Below, one piece after another: positions 26,940 to 35,654 of a stretch of DNA of 64,000 bases. The stretch spans positions 32,449 to 96,448 of the forward strand of contig JAWOHE010000089.1 of the NCBI GenBank assembly GCA_046485285.1. Direction: 5' to 3'. The position numbers were made by a program, and so were the translations under genes. Position 1 is the first letter of the stretch, and each line of letters starts with the position of its first letter. The stretch comes from a bacterium (GTDB lineage: Bacteria > Hydrothermota > Tepidihabitantia > Tepidihabitantales > Tepidihabitantaceae). The notes beneath the pieces are model-generated. The model saw only the letters and a list, made by a program, of their open reading frames with translations, was not told where the DNA came from and made no database searches.

Positions 26940-28246
26940 CGGTGCGGGCGGACGCGATACTGGCGATGGCCCGGCACCGGGCGGATGCCGCCGAGGTCTA
27001 CGACGAGGAGTCGGACCGCACCGTCGTCGAGTTCCGGGGCGGCCGGTTCCAGTCGCAGGTGACGCGACTCACCCGCGGCTGCGGGCTCCGGGTCATCAAG
27101 GACGGCCGGCTAGGGTTCTCGTCCTCGACCAACGACGAGCGCTACGACGAGCTGGTCGACGCGGCGCTCGAGACCGCGGTGCTGGGCCGGCCGGCGGCGT
27201 TCGGGTTCGCCGGGCCGGCGGCGATGCCGACGGTCGCCGCCTGCGAAAGCCGGGTGATGCTCCACCCGCTGGCGCGGATGATCGAGTGGGGCCGCGAGCT
27301 GTGCGCGGCGATGCGGGCGCGGGTGCCGGAGCTCGCGCTCGACCTGGCCTTCGACCGGACCTGGCACGAGACCCGGGTCCGGACGACCGCCGGGCTCGAG
27401 GCGGAGTCCGCCCGGGCGACGTTCGAGCTGGCCGCGAGCGGGGTCATCGCCGGCGACGGCATCTTCTGGCTACCGGAGTACGTCAACCTCTCCGACGGCC
27501 GGCACTTCGACCCGGGGCCGCTCTGCGACCGGCTCGAGGCGGCGGCACGTCGGGGCCGACGCCGGGCCCGGCTGGCGAGCGGGACGCACCCGGTCATCGT
27601 CCTGCCACTGGCGCTGCCGGCCCTGCTCGCGCCGCTGCGGGCCGGGGTCGACGGCCGCCAGGCCGCCCGGCGTACCTCGCCGCTTGCGGGCCGGGAGGGC
27701 GAGCGGATCCTCGCCGGCGTGCTGACCATCAGCGACGACCCGCTCCGGAGCCACGGGCTCGAGAGCACACCGTTCGACGGCGAAGGACTGCCGGCCCGGC
27801 GCAACCCGCTGTTCGAGCGCGGGGTCTTCCGGGGCTTCCTGCACGACCTCGCCTCGGCCGCGGCCGTGGGCGCGGAGAGCACCGGCTCGGCGCGGCGCGA
27901 CTACGCGAGCCCGCCCGGGCCGGGGGTGAGCAACCTCGAAATCGAGCCGGGGACAACGCCGCTCGAGCAGGCGATCGCGGCGACCAGCGACGGCCTGCTG
28001 GTCGCCGGCTTCGTCGGCGACGGGCAGTCGAACGTCCTCGCCGGCGAGGTCGCACTCAACGCGACCTCGGCGTTCCGCATCGAAGGCGGCGAACTCGCGG
28101 GCCGGGTTAAGGACGCGATGGTCGCCGGCAACGTCTATGAAATGCTCGCGTCGGTGGACCTGGTCGGCGCGGAGGTCCGCGACCTCGGCCGCCAGTTCCT
28201 GCCCTGGCTGCGGTTCCCGGCGCTGAGAGTGGCGACCCGGGACTAG
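26936..28246 (+). CDS. TldD/PmbA-family protein (second subunit, TldE/PmbA-like)
   Basis: 436 aa, GTG after GGGAGG. Homologous layout to the preceding gene without the HExxxH motif, typical of a TldD/TldE pair. Confidence 0.75.
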   Translation: MTVRADAILAMARHRADAAEVYDEESDRTVVEFRGGRFQSQVTRLTRGCGLRVIKDGRLGFSSSTNDERYDELVDAALETAVLGRPAAFGFAGPAAMPTVAACESRVMLHPLARMIEWGRELCAAMRARVPELALDLAFDRTWHETRVRTTAGLEAESARATFELAASGVIAGDGIFWLPEYVNLSDGRHFDPGPLCDRLEAAARRGRRRARLASGTHPVIVLPLALPALLAPLRAGVDGRQAARRTSPLAGREGERILAGVLTISDDPLRSHGLESTPFDGEGLPARRNPLFERGVFRGFLHDLASAAAVGAESTGSARRDYASPPGPGVSNLEIEPGTTPLEQAIAATSDGLLVAGFVGDGQSNVLAGEVALNATSAFRIEGGELAGRVKDAMVAGNVYEMLASVDLVGAEVRDLGRQFLPWLRFPALRVATRD

Positions 28247-28278
28247 CCGGGCAAGGACCTGGAGAACAGGAGGCGACA

Positions 28279-30843
28279 TTGACGAAGGCAAAGCTGACCG
28301 CACTCGAGAAGAAACTCGCGCTCGGGCCGGGCGCGCTGGCGTGGACCTGCCCGCCCGGGTGTCTCAAGTTCACGACCACCGACGACATCAAGCCACCCGC
28401 GGCCGACCCCGGCGACGACCACTGCGGCATCGTCGGCCAGCGCCGGGCGGTTGACGCGCTTGCGCTCGGGCTCGAGATAAAGGCCTCGGGCTACAACGTC
28501 TTCGTCACCGGGCCGGTCGGCACGGGCCGGACGACGACGGTCCGCCAGCTCCTCACGCGCTACGAGCGGGCGCCGCGCCGGCTCGACGACAAGTGCTACG
28601 TCAACAACTTCAAGGACCCGGACCAGCCGATCCTGCTTCGGCTGGCGGCCGGGGCGGGCCGGCGGTTCGCGCGGGAGCTGGACGAGTTCGTCGAATACCT
28701 CGCCGCCAACCTGCCCAACCAGTTCGAGAGCGAGGCCTACCAGCACAGCCGGGCCGCGATCGTCGAGTCGTTCAAGGAACGGGGCGGGGGCAAGGTCCGC
28801 GAGTTCGAGAAGAAGGTCGCCGCGGCCGGGTTCGCGCTCGTCCAGGTCGCGCCGTTCGTCAAGCCGGAGCTGGCGCCGATCGTCGAGAAACAGCCGGCGA
28901 AGATGGACGCCCTGCCGGCGCTGGTTGATGAGGGGCGGCTGACCATGGCGCGGGCGGACGAGATCCGCAAGAGCCACCGGGAACTGACGGGCGAACTCGC
29001 GGCGATCTTCAAGGAGATCCGCGGCGACGAGCGCGAGGCCCGCGAGGCGCTCGAGGCGCTTGACCGGGGCGTGGTCGAGCCGGTGCTCGGCGAGCGGCTC
29101 GGCGACATTGCCGACCACCACCCGGGCGAGAAGGTCAAGGCCTGGCTCGACGACGTCAAGGAGTCGATCCTCGGCAACATCGACCTGTTCCGGAGCCAGC
29201 CCCAGGCCGAGAAACCGGCGCCGGGCGCGGTTGACCCGTACCTCGAGTACCGGGTCAACGTGCTGGTCGACAACCGCCGGACGAAGGGCGCGCCGATCGT
29301 CTTCGAGACCAACCCGAACTACAAGAACCTGTTCGGGACGATCGAGCGGGTGGTTGACCGGTCCGGCCAGTGGCGGACCGACTTCACGAAGGTCAAGGCC
29401 GGGTCGGTCCTGCGCGCGGACGGCGGCTTCCTCGTGCTGAACGCGCTCGACGTGCTGGTCGAGCCCGGGGTCTGGCCGGCGCTGAAGCGGACGCTGCGCA
29501 ACCGGCGGCTGGAGATATCGGCCTACGAGCCGTTCCTGTCGATGCTGTCGCTGACGGCGATGAAGCCGGAGCAGGTCGCGATCGACATCAAGGTCGTGAT
29601 GGTCGGCGACCCATACGTCTACTCGGTGCTGGCGGCCTACGACGAGGACTTCCGGAAGATCTTCAAGGTCCGGGCCGACTTCGACTGGGTGATGGACCTC
29701 GACGACCACGCCATCGGCCAGTACAGCCGGGTCATCAAGCTGCTCTGCGACAACGAGAAGCTGCTCCCCTTTGACCGGAGCGGCGTCAAGCGGGTCGTCG
29801 AGCACGGCGTCCGGCTGGCCGGGCGGCAGGACAAGCTCTCGACCCGGTTCAACATCGTCGGCGACGTGCTCAAGGAGGCGAGCTACTGGGCGGCCCGGAC
29901 CGGGGCGAAGCGCGTCAGGGCCGCGCACGTCCAGCAGGCAATCGACGGCCGGCGCGAGCGGGTCAGGCTCTACGAGGATAAGCTCCAGGAGCTGATCGAC
30001 CGGGGCACGGTGTTCATCGCCACCGCGGGCCGGGCGCAGGGCCAGGTCAACGGGCTGGCGGTCTACGACACCGGCGAGCACGCCTTCGGCAAGCCGGCGC
30101 GAATCACCGCGAAGACCGGGGTCGGCGCGGCCGGCATCATCAACATCGAGCGCGAGTCGGCGCTGTCCGGCCCGACCCACGACAAGGGCGTCTACATCCT
30201 CACCGGGTACCTGCGCAACAAGTACGCCCGGCGCCGGCCGCTGGTGATGTCGGCATCGATAACCTTCGAGCAGAGCTACGGCGGGGTGGACGGCGACTCG
30301 GCCTCGTCGACCGAAGTCTACGCCCTGCTCTCCGACCTCGCCGGGCTCGGCATCCGGCAGGACCTCGCGGTCACCGGCTCGGTGGACCAGCACGGCCGGG
30401 TCCAGCCGATCGGCGGCGTCAACGAGAAGGTCGAGGGGTTCTACGAGGTCTGCGTCCGGCGCGGTCTCACCGGCCGGCAGGGCGTCATCATCCCGAAGGC
30501 CAACGCCGGCGACCTGATGCTCCGGCCGGACGTGGTCGAGGCGGTCGGGAAGGGGAAGTTCCACGTCTACGCGGTCGAGACGATCGACGACGGCATCGAG
30601 CTGCTCACCGGGGTCCCGGCGGGCAAGGCGAGCCGCGGTGGTGCCTACCCGCCGGGCTCGGTCCACGACCGGGTCGCGAAGCGGCTCGAGGAGCTCGCCG
30701 AACTCCAACGGCGCTACGAGGGCGACGGCGCGAAGCCGGCCGCGAAGAAGCGCGGGGCCGGGCTCAGGAAGCGCGGCGAGGCGGGGCCGGCGCGGCGGTC
30801 ACCCGCGCCGCGCGGACGAGGTCGGCGAAGCCCGCGGGCTTGA
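28279..30843 (+). CDS. LonC-like protease: AAA-like domain with degenerate Walker A plus C-terminal S16 Lon proteolytic domain
   Basis: 854 aa. 'GPVGTGRTT' (Walker A with Arg in place of Lys). Large helical insertion. Lon protease core 'YGGVDGDSASSTEVYALLSDLAGLGIRQDLAVTGSVDQHGRVQPIGGVNEKVEGF' (Ser-Lys dyad). Confidence 0.8.
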   Translation: MTKAKLTALEKKLALGPGALAWTCPPGCLKFTTTDDIKPPAADPGDDHCGIVGQRRAVDALALGLEIKASGYNVFVTGPVGTGRTTTVRQLLTRYERAPRRLDDKCYVNNFKDPDQPILLRLAAGAGRRFARELDEFVEYLAANLPNQFESEAYQHSRAAIVESFKERGGGKVREFEKKVAAAGFALVQVAPFVKPELAPIVEKQPAKMDALPALVDEGRLTMARADEIRKSHRELTGELAAIFKEIRGDEREAREALEALDRGVVEPVLGERLGDIADHHPGEKVKAWLDDVKESILGNIDLFRSQPQAEKPAPGAVDPYLEYRVNVLVDNRRTKGAPIVFETNPNYKNLFGTIERVVDRSGQWRTDFTKVKAGSVLRADGGFLVLNALDVLVEPGVWPALKRTLRNRRLEISAYEPFLSMLSLTAMKPEQVAIDIKVVMVGDPYVYSVLAAYDEDFRKIFKVRADFDWVMDLDDHAIGQYSRVIKLLCDNEKLLPFDRSGVKRVVEHGVRLAGRQDKLSTRFNIVGDVLKEASYWAARTGAKRVRAAHVQQAIDGRRERVRLYEDKLQELIDRGTVFIATAGRAQGQVNGLAVYDTGEHAFGKPARITAKTGVGAAGIINIERESALSGPTHDKGVYILTGYLRNKYARRRPLVMSASITFEQSYGGVDGDSASSTEVYALLSDLAGLGIRQDLAVTGSVDQHGRVQPIGGVNEKVEGFYEVCVRRGLTGRQGVIIPKANAGDLMLRPDVVEAVGKGKFHVYAVETIDDGIELLTGVPAGKASRGGAYPPGSVHDRVAKRLEELAELQRRYEGDGAKPAAKKRGAGLRKRGEAGPARRSPAPRGRGRRSPRA

Positions 30844-31420
30844 CGACGCCGCCGGAGACGACGAGCTTGAGACCCTCGTCGGTCGTCAGCGCGGTCTCGG
30901 TGAGGTCCTCCTCCGGGATGAGCGCGAGCCAGCCCGAGGTCGGGTTGGGCGTGGTCGGGAAGTAGACGAACACCGCCCGGCGGCCGTCGGCCAGCGTCAC
31001 CCGCTCGTCCGAGGTCTGGAAGCCGATCGCGAGGAGGCCCGGCCGCGGGTACTCGGCGATGACCGTCTTGCGCAGGGAGCTGCGCTTGACGAAGACCGCG
31101 TCGGCGAGCTCGCGGGTCGAGGTATAGATGCCGCGGATGAAGGGCAGGCGACGCATCAGCCGGTCGAGCCGGCCGACGAACCAGCGGCCGGCGAGGCTGG
31201 TCGCGAGCGCGCCGACCGCGAGAATCAGCAGGACGACGATGACAAACCCGATGACGGTCGTGACCCAGCCGGGCAGGCGGGTGAGCCAGGACTGGCGGGC
31301 GAGCAGGGGCGAGAGCAGGTCGCCGAGCCGGGTGACGAGGAACCAGACCACGAACGCGCTCAGCCCGAGCGGCAGGACCGTCGCGATGCCGGCGACGAGG
31401 TACTTGCGAAGCTGGCCCAC
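30764..31420 (-). CDS. DUF502-family membrane protein
   Basis: 218 aa. Two N-terminal TM helices, then 'RLPFIRGIYTSTRELADAV...AIGFQT...VFVYFPTTPNPTSGWLALIPEEDL', characteristic of DUF502. The 3' end overlaps the Lon-like gene convergently by 80 nt. Confidence 0.65.
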   Translation of the reverse strand: MGQLRKYLVAGIATVLPLGLSAFVVWFLVTRLGDLLSPLLARQSWLTRLPGWVTTVIGFVIVVLLILAVGALATSLAGRWFVGRLDRLMRRLPFIRGIYTSTRELADAVFVKRSSLRKTVIAEYPRPGLLAIGFQTSDERVTLADGRRAVFVYFPTTPNPTSGWLALIPEEDLTETALTTDEGLKLVVSGGVVKPAGFADLVRAARVTAAPAPPRRAS

Positions 31421-31481
31421 GAATCAAGTGTAGCGCGAAAACCGCCGCCCGGCAACGCCGGTCAGGGGACGCGGTGCGGGC

Positions 31482-32447
31482 CTACCGGGCGCGCCAGTCG
31501 GCGAGCGGGCGTTCGAGGGTCGTACTGCCGCGCACGACCGTGAAGCCGAGCCTTTCGTAGAGCCGACGGGCGTGGGTGACGTTGGTGTCATCGACGCCGA
31601 GCTCGGACTCGGCGAGGCCCTGGCCGGCCAGCCACGCCATCCCGTCGAGCATCAGCCGCTTGGCGATGCCCTTGTCGCGGTGTTCCTTGAGCACGCCGAG
31701 GTCCCAGAGCCCGCCGCGGCTCGTGCCCAGCTCCCGGTTCTCGCGCGGGTCAAGGCCGTGGACGAGATAGCCGACCGGCTCGCCGGCGACCCGGGCGACC
31801 GTCCGCCGCACCACGTAGCCCAGGGTCGGGGCGCTGCGCATCCAGTAGGCGCGCTCCTCCTCGGTGCCGTCGCGGTGGCCGAAGTGCTCCTTGAAGGCGG
31901 CGTTCGAGAGCCGGACGAGGAGCGCGACGTCGGCGTCGGAGGTGCCGAGCGTCTCGATTGCCACGTCCGGGTTCTCGCCGACGCCCGAGGGCAGGCCGGC
32001 GAGCGGCCGGCGCATCAGGCTGAACCGGCGGACCGGGGTGAAACCGAGCTTCGCGAGGAACGCGGCCGCGGCGCGGTTCCAGTCGCCGACACCGGTCCGC
32101 GCCCGTTCCATCCCGCGCGAGCGGAGGTGAGCGAGCGCCTTCCGGGCGAGCGCGGTGCCGATGCCGCGGCGGCGGTACTCGGCTAGGACCTTCGGGCCAT
32201 CGAGGTAGCCGAGCGGCTCGGGCCGGTGTGGGTCAACGTAGCCGCCGCTGGTGCCGACCGGCGTGCCGTCGAGCTCGGCGAGGTAGATGCCGTCGGCGGT
32301 CCAGTCGGGCGAGTTGCGTTCGGCCCGGAACTCCGCGAGGGTGCGGGGCACGAAGTCCGGCGCCTCGGCCGAGGCGGCGTTGCCGAGGGCGAGCAGGGTT
32401 TCGTCGTCCTGGTCCGGGACGTACGGCCGGATGCGCAGTCCTTCCAC
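31482..32447 (-). CDS. tandem GNAT N-acetyltransferase (MshD-like two-domain architecture)
   Basis: 321 aa with two acetyl-CoA motif A regions ('RRRGIGTALARKAL', 'RDKGIAKRLMLDGMAWL'). Confidence 0.7.
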   Translation of the reverse strand: MEGLRIRPYVPDQDDETLLALGNAASAEAPDFVPRTLAEFRAERNSPDWTADGIYLAELDGTPVGTSGGYVDPHRPEPLGYLDGPKVLAEYRRRGIGTALARKALAHLRSRGMERARTGVGDWNRAAAAFLAKLGFTPVRRFSLMRRPLAGLPSGVGENPDVAIETLGTSDADVALLVRLSNAAFKEHFGHRDGTEEERAYWMRSAPTLGYVVRRTVARVAGEPVGYLVHGLDPRENRELGTSRGGLWDLGVLKEHRDKGIAKRLMLDGMAWLAGQGLAESELGVDDTNVTHARRLYERLGFTVVRGSTTLERPLADWRAR

Positions 32448-32559
32448 GGGGCAGGATAGTCTGCCGCCGGGCGGATGTCAAGCGCGGCAAGGAGCGGGTT
32501 CCCGGTGACGCAGCCCGCTGTCATCTCGACCGATGGCCGCCGCGGCCCCGCCGTCATTG

Positions 32560-32935
32560 CGACCAACGTGGAGAAATCCCTCTCCGGGCTTGGTCGCGCC
32601 CTCCGCAGGAGCGACATCCCCTTCCACTTCGCTCAGAGCTTGCCCTGAGGGACTCGAAGGGGCAAGCTCTGTCGCAATTCGGTCCGGCCATCGCGGCTTG
32701 GAAGCCGCTCCTACGTCCCGACGGTTCCTGGTTCGCAGTTCAAGGTCCACAGTTCAGAACTCAGCGTTCAGCGCTTTCCCTTCGCCCACTCCTTCCCCTT
32801 TCGCTCCTCACCCTTCCCCATTTGCCTTCGTGTCGAAATCCCTCTCCGGCCTTTGCCCCCTCTCCGCTTCAGGGGAGAGGGTTGGGGTGAGGGGGCGCTC
32901 AAGCCATCGCGGCTTGGAAGCCGCTCCTACATCCT
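32560..32935. repeat. structured intergenic region: 30-bp direct repeat (GCCATCGCGGCTTGGAAGCCGCTCCTAC x2), perfect 12-bp inverted repeat (CAGAGCTTGCCC...GGGCAAGCTCTG) and CCCTCTCC/GGAGAGGG hairpin
   Basis: Read directly. No credible ORF. Lies between two minus-strand genes. Confidence 0.4.
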
Positions 32936-33208
32936 GAACCGCACGGAGCGCACACCCTCCCTCATCTCGAACGACGCGCCGCAGGCCCGCCTGCGCGCAA
33001 CGCGCGGGCAGGCCCGCAGGTAATCGGCAATCAGCCCCAGCGTCGGGCGCCGCAACCGGCCGTGCTCCAACTGGCTGAGGCGCGAGTAGAAGCCAGACTC
33101 GCGGCCCATAAGGTGCGCCAACGCGACCAGGCTCAGCCCGGCCCGAAACTGCAAACCGTGTAGCGCCGCACCCAACGCAACCGTCTCTCCCGGTCCAAAG
33201 CCAGCCAC
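32927..33208 (-). CDS. XRE-family helix-turn-helix transcriptional regulator
   Basis: 93 aa. 'GLSLVALAHLMGRESGFYSRLSQLEHGRLRRPTLGLIADYL' matches the XRE HTH pattern. Confidence 0.55.
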   Translation of the reverse strand: MAGFGPGETVALGAALHGLQFRAGLSLVALAHLMGRESGFYSRLSQLEHGRLRRPTLGLIADYLRACPRVARRRACGASFEMREGVRSVRFRM

Positions 33209-33218
33209 CTTCGCATCA

Positions 33219-33602
33219 CTATCCGTAGCCTATGTTAGTAGAAACTAACGACCTGGCCAATCGGGAAATCGTCACAATCGATTGAAAAATCAGCACTTCA
33301 TTCACCTCCGAATTTACCCCCTCCCCCATACCCCCTACCGTACCCCCTACCGTAGGGGGTACCGTAGGGGGAACCGTAGGGGGTACCGTAGGGGGAACCG
33401 TAGGGGGTACGGTAGGGGGAACGGTTAGCCCTACCGTTGGGGTAACCGTTAGCCCTACGGTAGGGGCAGCGGTAGGGGTAGCCGTAGGGCCTACGGTAGG
33501 GGTAACGGTTGGGGGAACGGTAGGGCATACGGCTGGGGGAACGGTAGGGGTAGCGGTTGGGGGAGTGCGGGTGGGGATGGGGGGTAGCGGGCGGGCAGCC
33601 AC
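33219..33602 (-). CDS. possible Pro/Thr/Val-rich repeat protein (PTVx)n encoded by the 12-nt tandem array; coding status uncertain
   Basis: 127-aa ORF whose stop lies 10 nt before the XRE gene. The central part is the translation of the period-12 array. Confidence 0.25.
   Translation of the reverse strand: MAARPLPPIPTRTPPTATPTVPPAVCPTVPPTVTPTVGPTATPTAAPTVGLTVTPTVGLTVPPTVPPTVPPTVPPTVPPTVPPTVGGTVGGMGEGVNSEVNEVLIFQSIVTISRLARSLVSTNIGYG
33320..33565. repeat. tandem array, period 12 nt (ACCGTAGGGGGT variants, about 20 copies)
   Basis: Read directly. Confidence 0.75.
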
Positions 33603-33739
33603 GCCGGATGGCCGGCAGGAAGTGCCCTTGTACTTGGAGTCCGGATAGCTCGCGCCCCCGGCGCAACCGGGCTCACTGGGACGGGGGGGACCGGCGGAGT
33701 CGGGTCCGCCGGGCTAAGTCACCGTGGGGACTGCGGGTT

Positions 33740-34040
33740 GCGCGTGGGCAGGAGCGCTCCGGGGGGTATACCCGGGGATATCCCCGGGACGGTTCCGGGG
33801 GCCGCCCCGGGGACCGTCCCGGAGGCCGCTCCCGGGGCCGTCCGGGGAACCGCTCCTGGGGATATCGGGGGGACGGTTCCGGGGGCCGTCCCGGGAGCCG
33901 CTCCGGGAGCCGTCCCGGAGGCCGCCCCGGGGGCCGCTAGGGGGGCCGTCCCGGGAGCCGCTGGGGGAGCCCGTCCCGGGAGCCGCTAGGGGAGCCGTCC
34001 CCGGGGCCGCCCCGGGGGCCGCCCCCGGGACGGCTCCGGG
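33740..34040. repeat. GC-rich tandem array, period ~12 nt (CCGGGRGCCGYC variants), flanked by 'gggtggggatgggggg' and 'ggggatgcggggggggataggggt' cores
   Basis: Read directly. Reverse-complement relative at 4795..4920. ORFs 33724..34158 and 33738..33989 are only its translations. Confidence 0.7.
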
Positions 34041-34188
34041 GATGCGGGGGGGGATAGGGGTCGGGCCGGGTTCAGTCGCCGGGGGTGCCTGTCTGTTCCT
34101 CCCGCGCGCGGATTCTACTGGCGCGCGGAATGAGCCTCCGCGCCTCGGGGGCTGTTAGGCGATGTCCCCGAAACCTCCCTGTCCGATG
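34041..34188. repeat. ~135-bp direct repeat, copy A1 (…GGGCCGGGTTCAGTCGCCGGGGGTGCCTGTCTGTTCCTCCCGCGCGCGGATTCTA…GCTGTTAGGCGATGTCCCCGAAA)
   Basis: About 90% identical to 35043..35175. Together they bracket the GIY-YIG gene. Confidence 0.65.
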
Positions 34189-34287
34189 AACTGATCCGCC
34201 AGCCAAGTTCCCCGCCGACCTTCCGCAGTTCAAGCGCGACTGACGCGCCGTCGCTGGCCGCTCATCGCGGCCAACTCGGCGTCCGAG

Positions 34288-34794
34288 TCAGCGAGGCTTC
34301 TGAGGGCTGTTCACCTCAGGGGACAGGTACTCGATGAGCGCGATCTCCAGCAAAGCTATCATGGTCTCCTCGCTCAACCACGCCGGCGGATTGGGGAAAT
34401 GCGCGCATACATCGGGCCGGGACACCAGACAGACCGGGATCAACCGCTTCCCGTGCTCTGAGTACTCCCAGAGCTTCCGGAAGACCGGGCTGTCGTTCGA
34501 CGCCTTGCGCGTCGAGTGTCGGTACAGCCGAGTAGCGAAGTCCATCACGCCCCGCCGCGTCTTGGTCGTCCGGCCCACGTACAGGATCCCGGCCCGACCG
34601 GCCAGCAGGATGTAGATGCCATCGGCCCGGTGCAGACCGGCCGGGTTGTCCAGCTTCTCTGCGAACCCAACCCCACCGCCGACCAACAGATGCCCGCACA
34701 CGCGCCGATACCACCGCCTCGGCCGCAACTCAATCGACGCCACGTTGTCCACGTGAGTGATGTAGTGCAGCTCCCTGACATCGGCTCTGGTCAT
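34288..34794 (-). CDS. GIY-YIG nuclease domain protein
   Basis: 168 aa. 'DGIYILLAGRAGILYVGRTTKTRRGV...RLYRH...LWEYSE' gives GIY-x10-YVG, then Arg and Glu, the catalytic-core pattern. Confidence 0.55.
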   Translation of the reverse strand: MTRADVRELHYITHVDNVASIELRPRRWYRRVCGHLLVGGGVGFAEKLDNPAGLHRADGIYILLAGRAGILYVGRTTKTRRGVMDFATRLYRHSTRKASNDSPVFRKLWEYSEHGKRLIPVCLVSRPDVCAHFPNPPAWLSEETMIALLEIALIEYLSPEVNSPQKPR

Positions 34795-35042
34795 TCGGCT
34801 GGCTCACTTCGCCCGGTCTTCGACAATCGCAATCTCAGCCATCGGCGGGATTCTAGGACTCGCGGTCAGGCGTGTCAATTGGGCCGGGCGGAATCGAGTC
34901 GTGGCCCGACAGCCGAGCCTCAAGTCTCACCCGCCGCCATCCCGGCGGCCGGCCGTGCCGCCAGCCGGGGCGAGGGTATGGCCGCCGCCGGGCGGGTGTC
35001 AAGCCCTGCGGGGGGAGCGGACGGGGCCGGGGGATGCGGGCG

Positions 35043-35175
35043 GGGGCAGAGACCGGGCCGGGTTCAGTCGCCGGGGGTGCCTGTCTGTTCCTCCCGCGCG
35101 CGGATTCTATCGGCGCGCGCGGAACGAGCCTCCGCGCCTCGGAGGCTGTTAGGCGATGTCCCCGAAATCTCCTGG
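35043..35175. repeat. ~135-bp direct repeat, copy A2
   Basis: See copy A1. Lies at the left edge of the low-GC island. Confidence 0.65.
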
Positions 35176-35181
35176 CGAGCC

Positions 35182-35574
35182 CTACTGGCGAGACGGCTCC
35201 TCGGGGTGATGGAGGATCAGGTCAAGCGCCCCGACAAACTTGTGGCTGGATTCCGCCATCTGCTGCGCATCGGCGCGCCCCGAAAGGAATCCATCTGCGA
35301 CAGCTCGGAACTCAGCGAGGTGGCGTTTATACATCTGCTGGGCACCTTCTGCCACCTGCATTCCGCGTGCCGTCATCTCAAGCCACAGGACTTTCCAAGT
35401 CAAGTAGTCCGTCGGTTCGGGCACAACCCTGTCGTCGCCTCGATTCATGAGTATGGCGGCGCTGCAGATCATCACAAAGCGGTTCAGGTAGCGTTCACCC
35501 TCCGGGCCAGCGAATCTCGTGACGGCGGCCATAGAAGCTGCTTGCCTCAGCAGCTCTTGAGCTTCCTTGTTCAA
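35182..35574 (-). CDS. hypothetical protein (130 aa), last gene of the island operon
   Basis: Protein-like composition in a ~55% GC context. Same strand, 80 nt downstream of the DUF4263 gene. Confidence 0.45.
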   Translation of the reverse strand: MNKEAQELLRQAASMAAVTRFAGPEGERYLNRFVMICSAAILMNRGDDRVVPEPTDYLTWKVLWLEMTARGMQVAEGAQQMYKRHLAEFRAVADGFLSGRADAQQMAESSHKFVGALDLILHHPEEPSRQ

Positions 35575-35654
35575 GATGTCCTCCTTGGCGTCATAGCAGA
35601 TCTAGTTGTTGATCTACTAAGTCCGGCCTTCGACAATCGCAGTCTCGGCCTCCA

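Noticed and set aside
33320-34040. Considered a CRISPR array because of regular short repeats
   Set aside because: The period is 12 nt with no unique spacers between the units; these are simple tandem satellites. No cas operon is present, and the Cas4-like remnant is 29 kb away.
34288-34794. N-terminus 'ELHYITHVDNVASI' resembling DarT (DUF4433) ADP-ribosyltransferase
   Set aside because: The rest of the protein carries a canonical GIY-x10-YVG...R...E nuclease core and lacks DarT downstream motifs, so it is called GIY-YIG.
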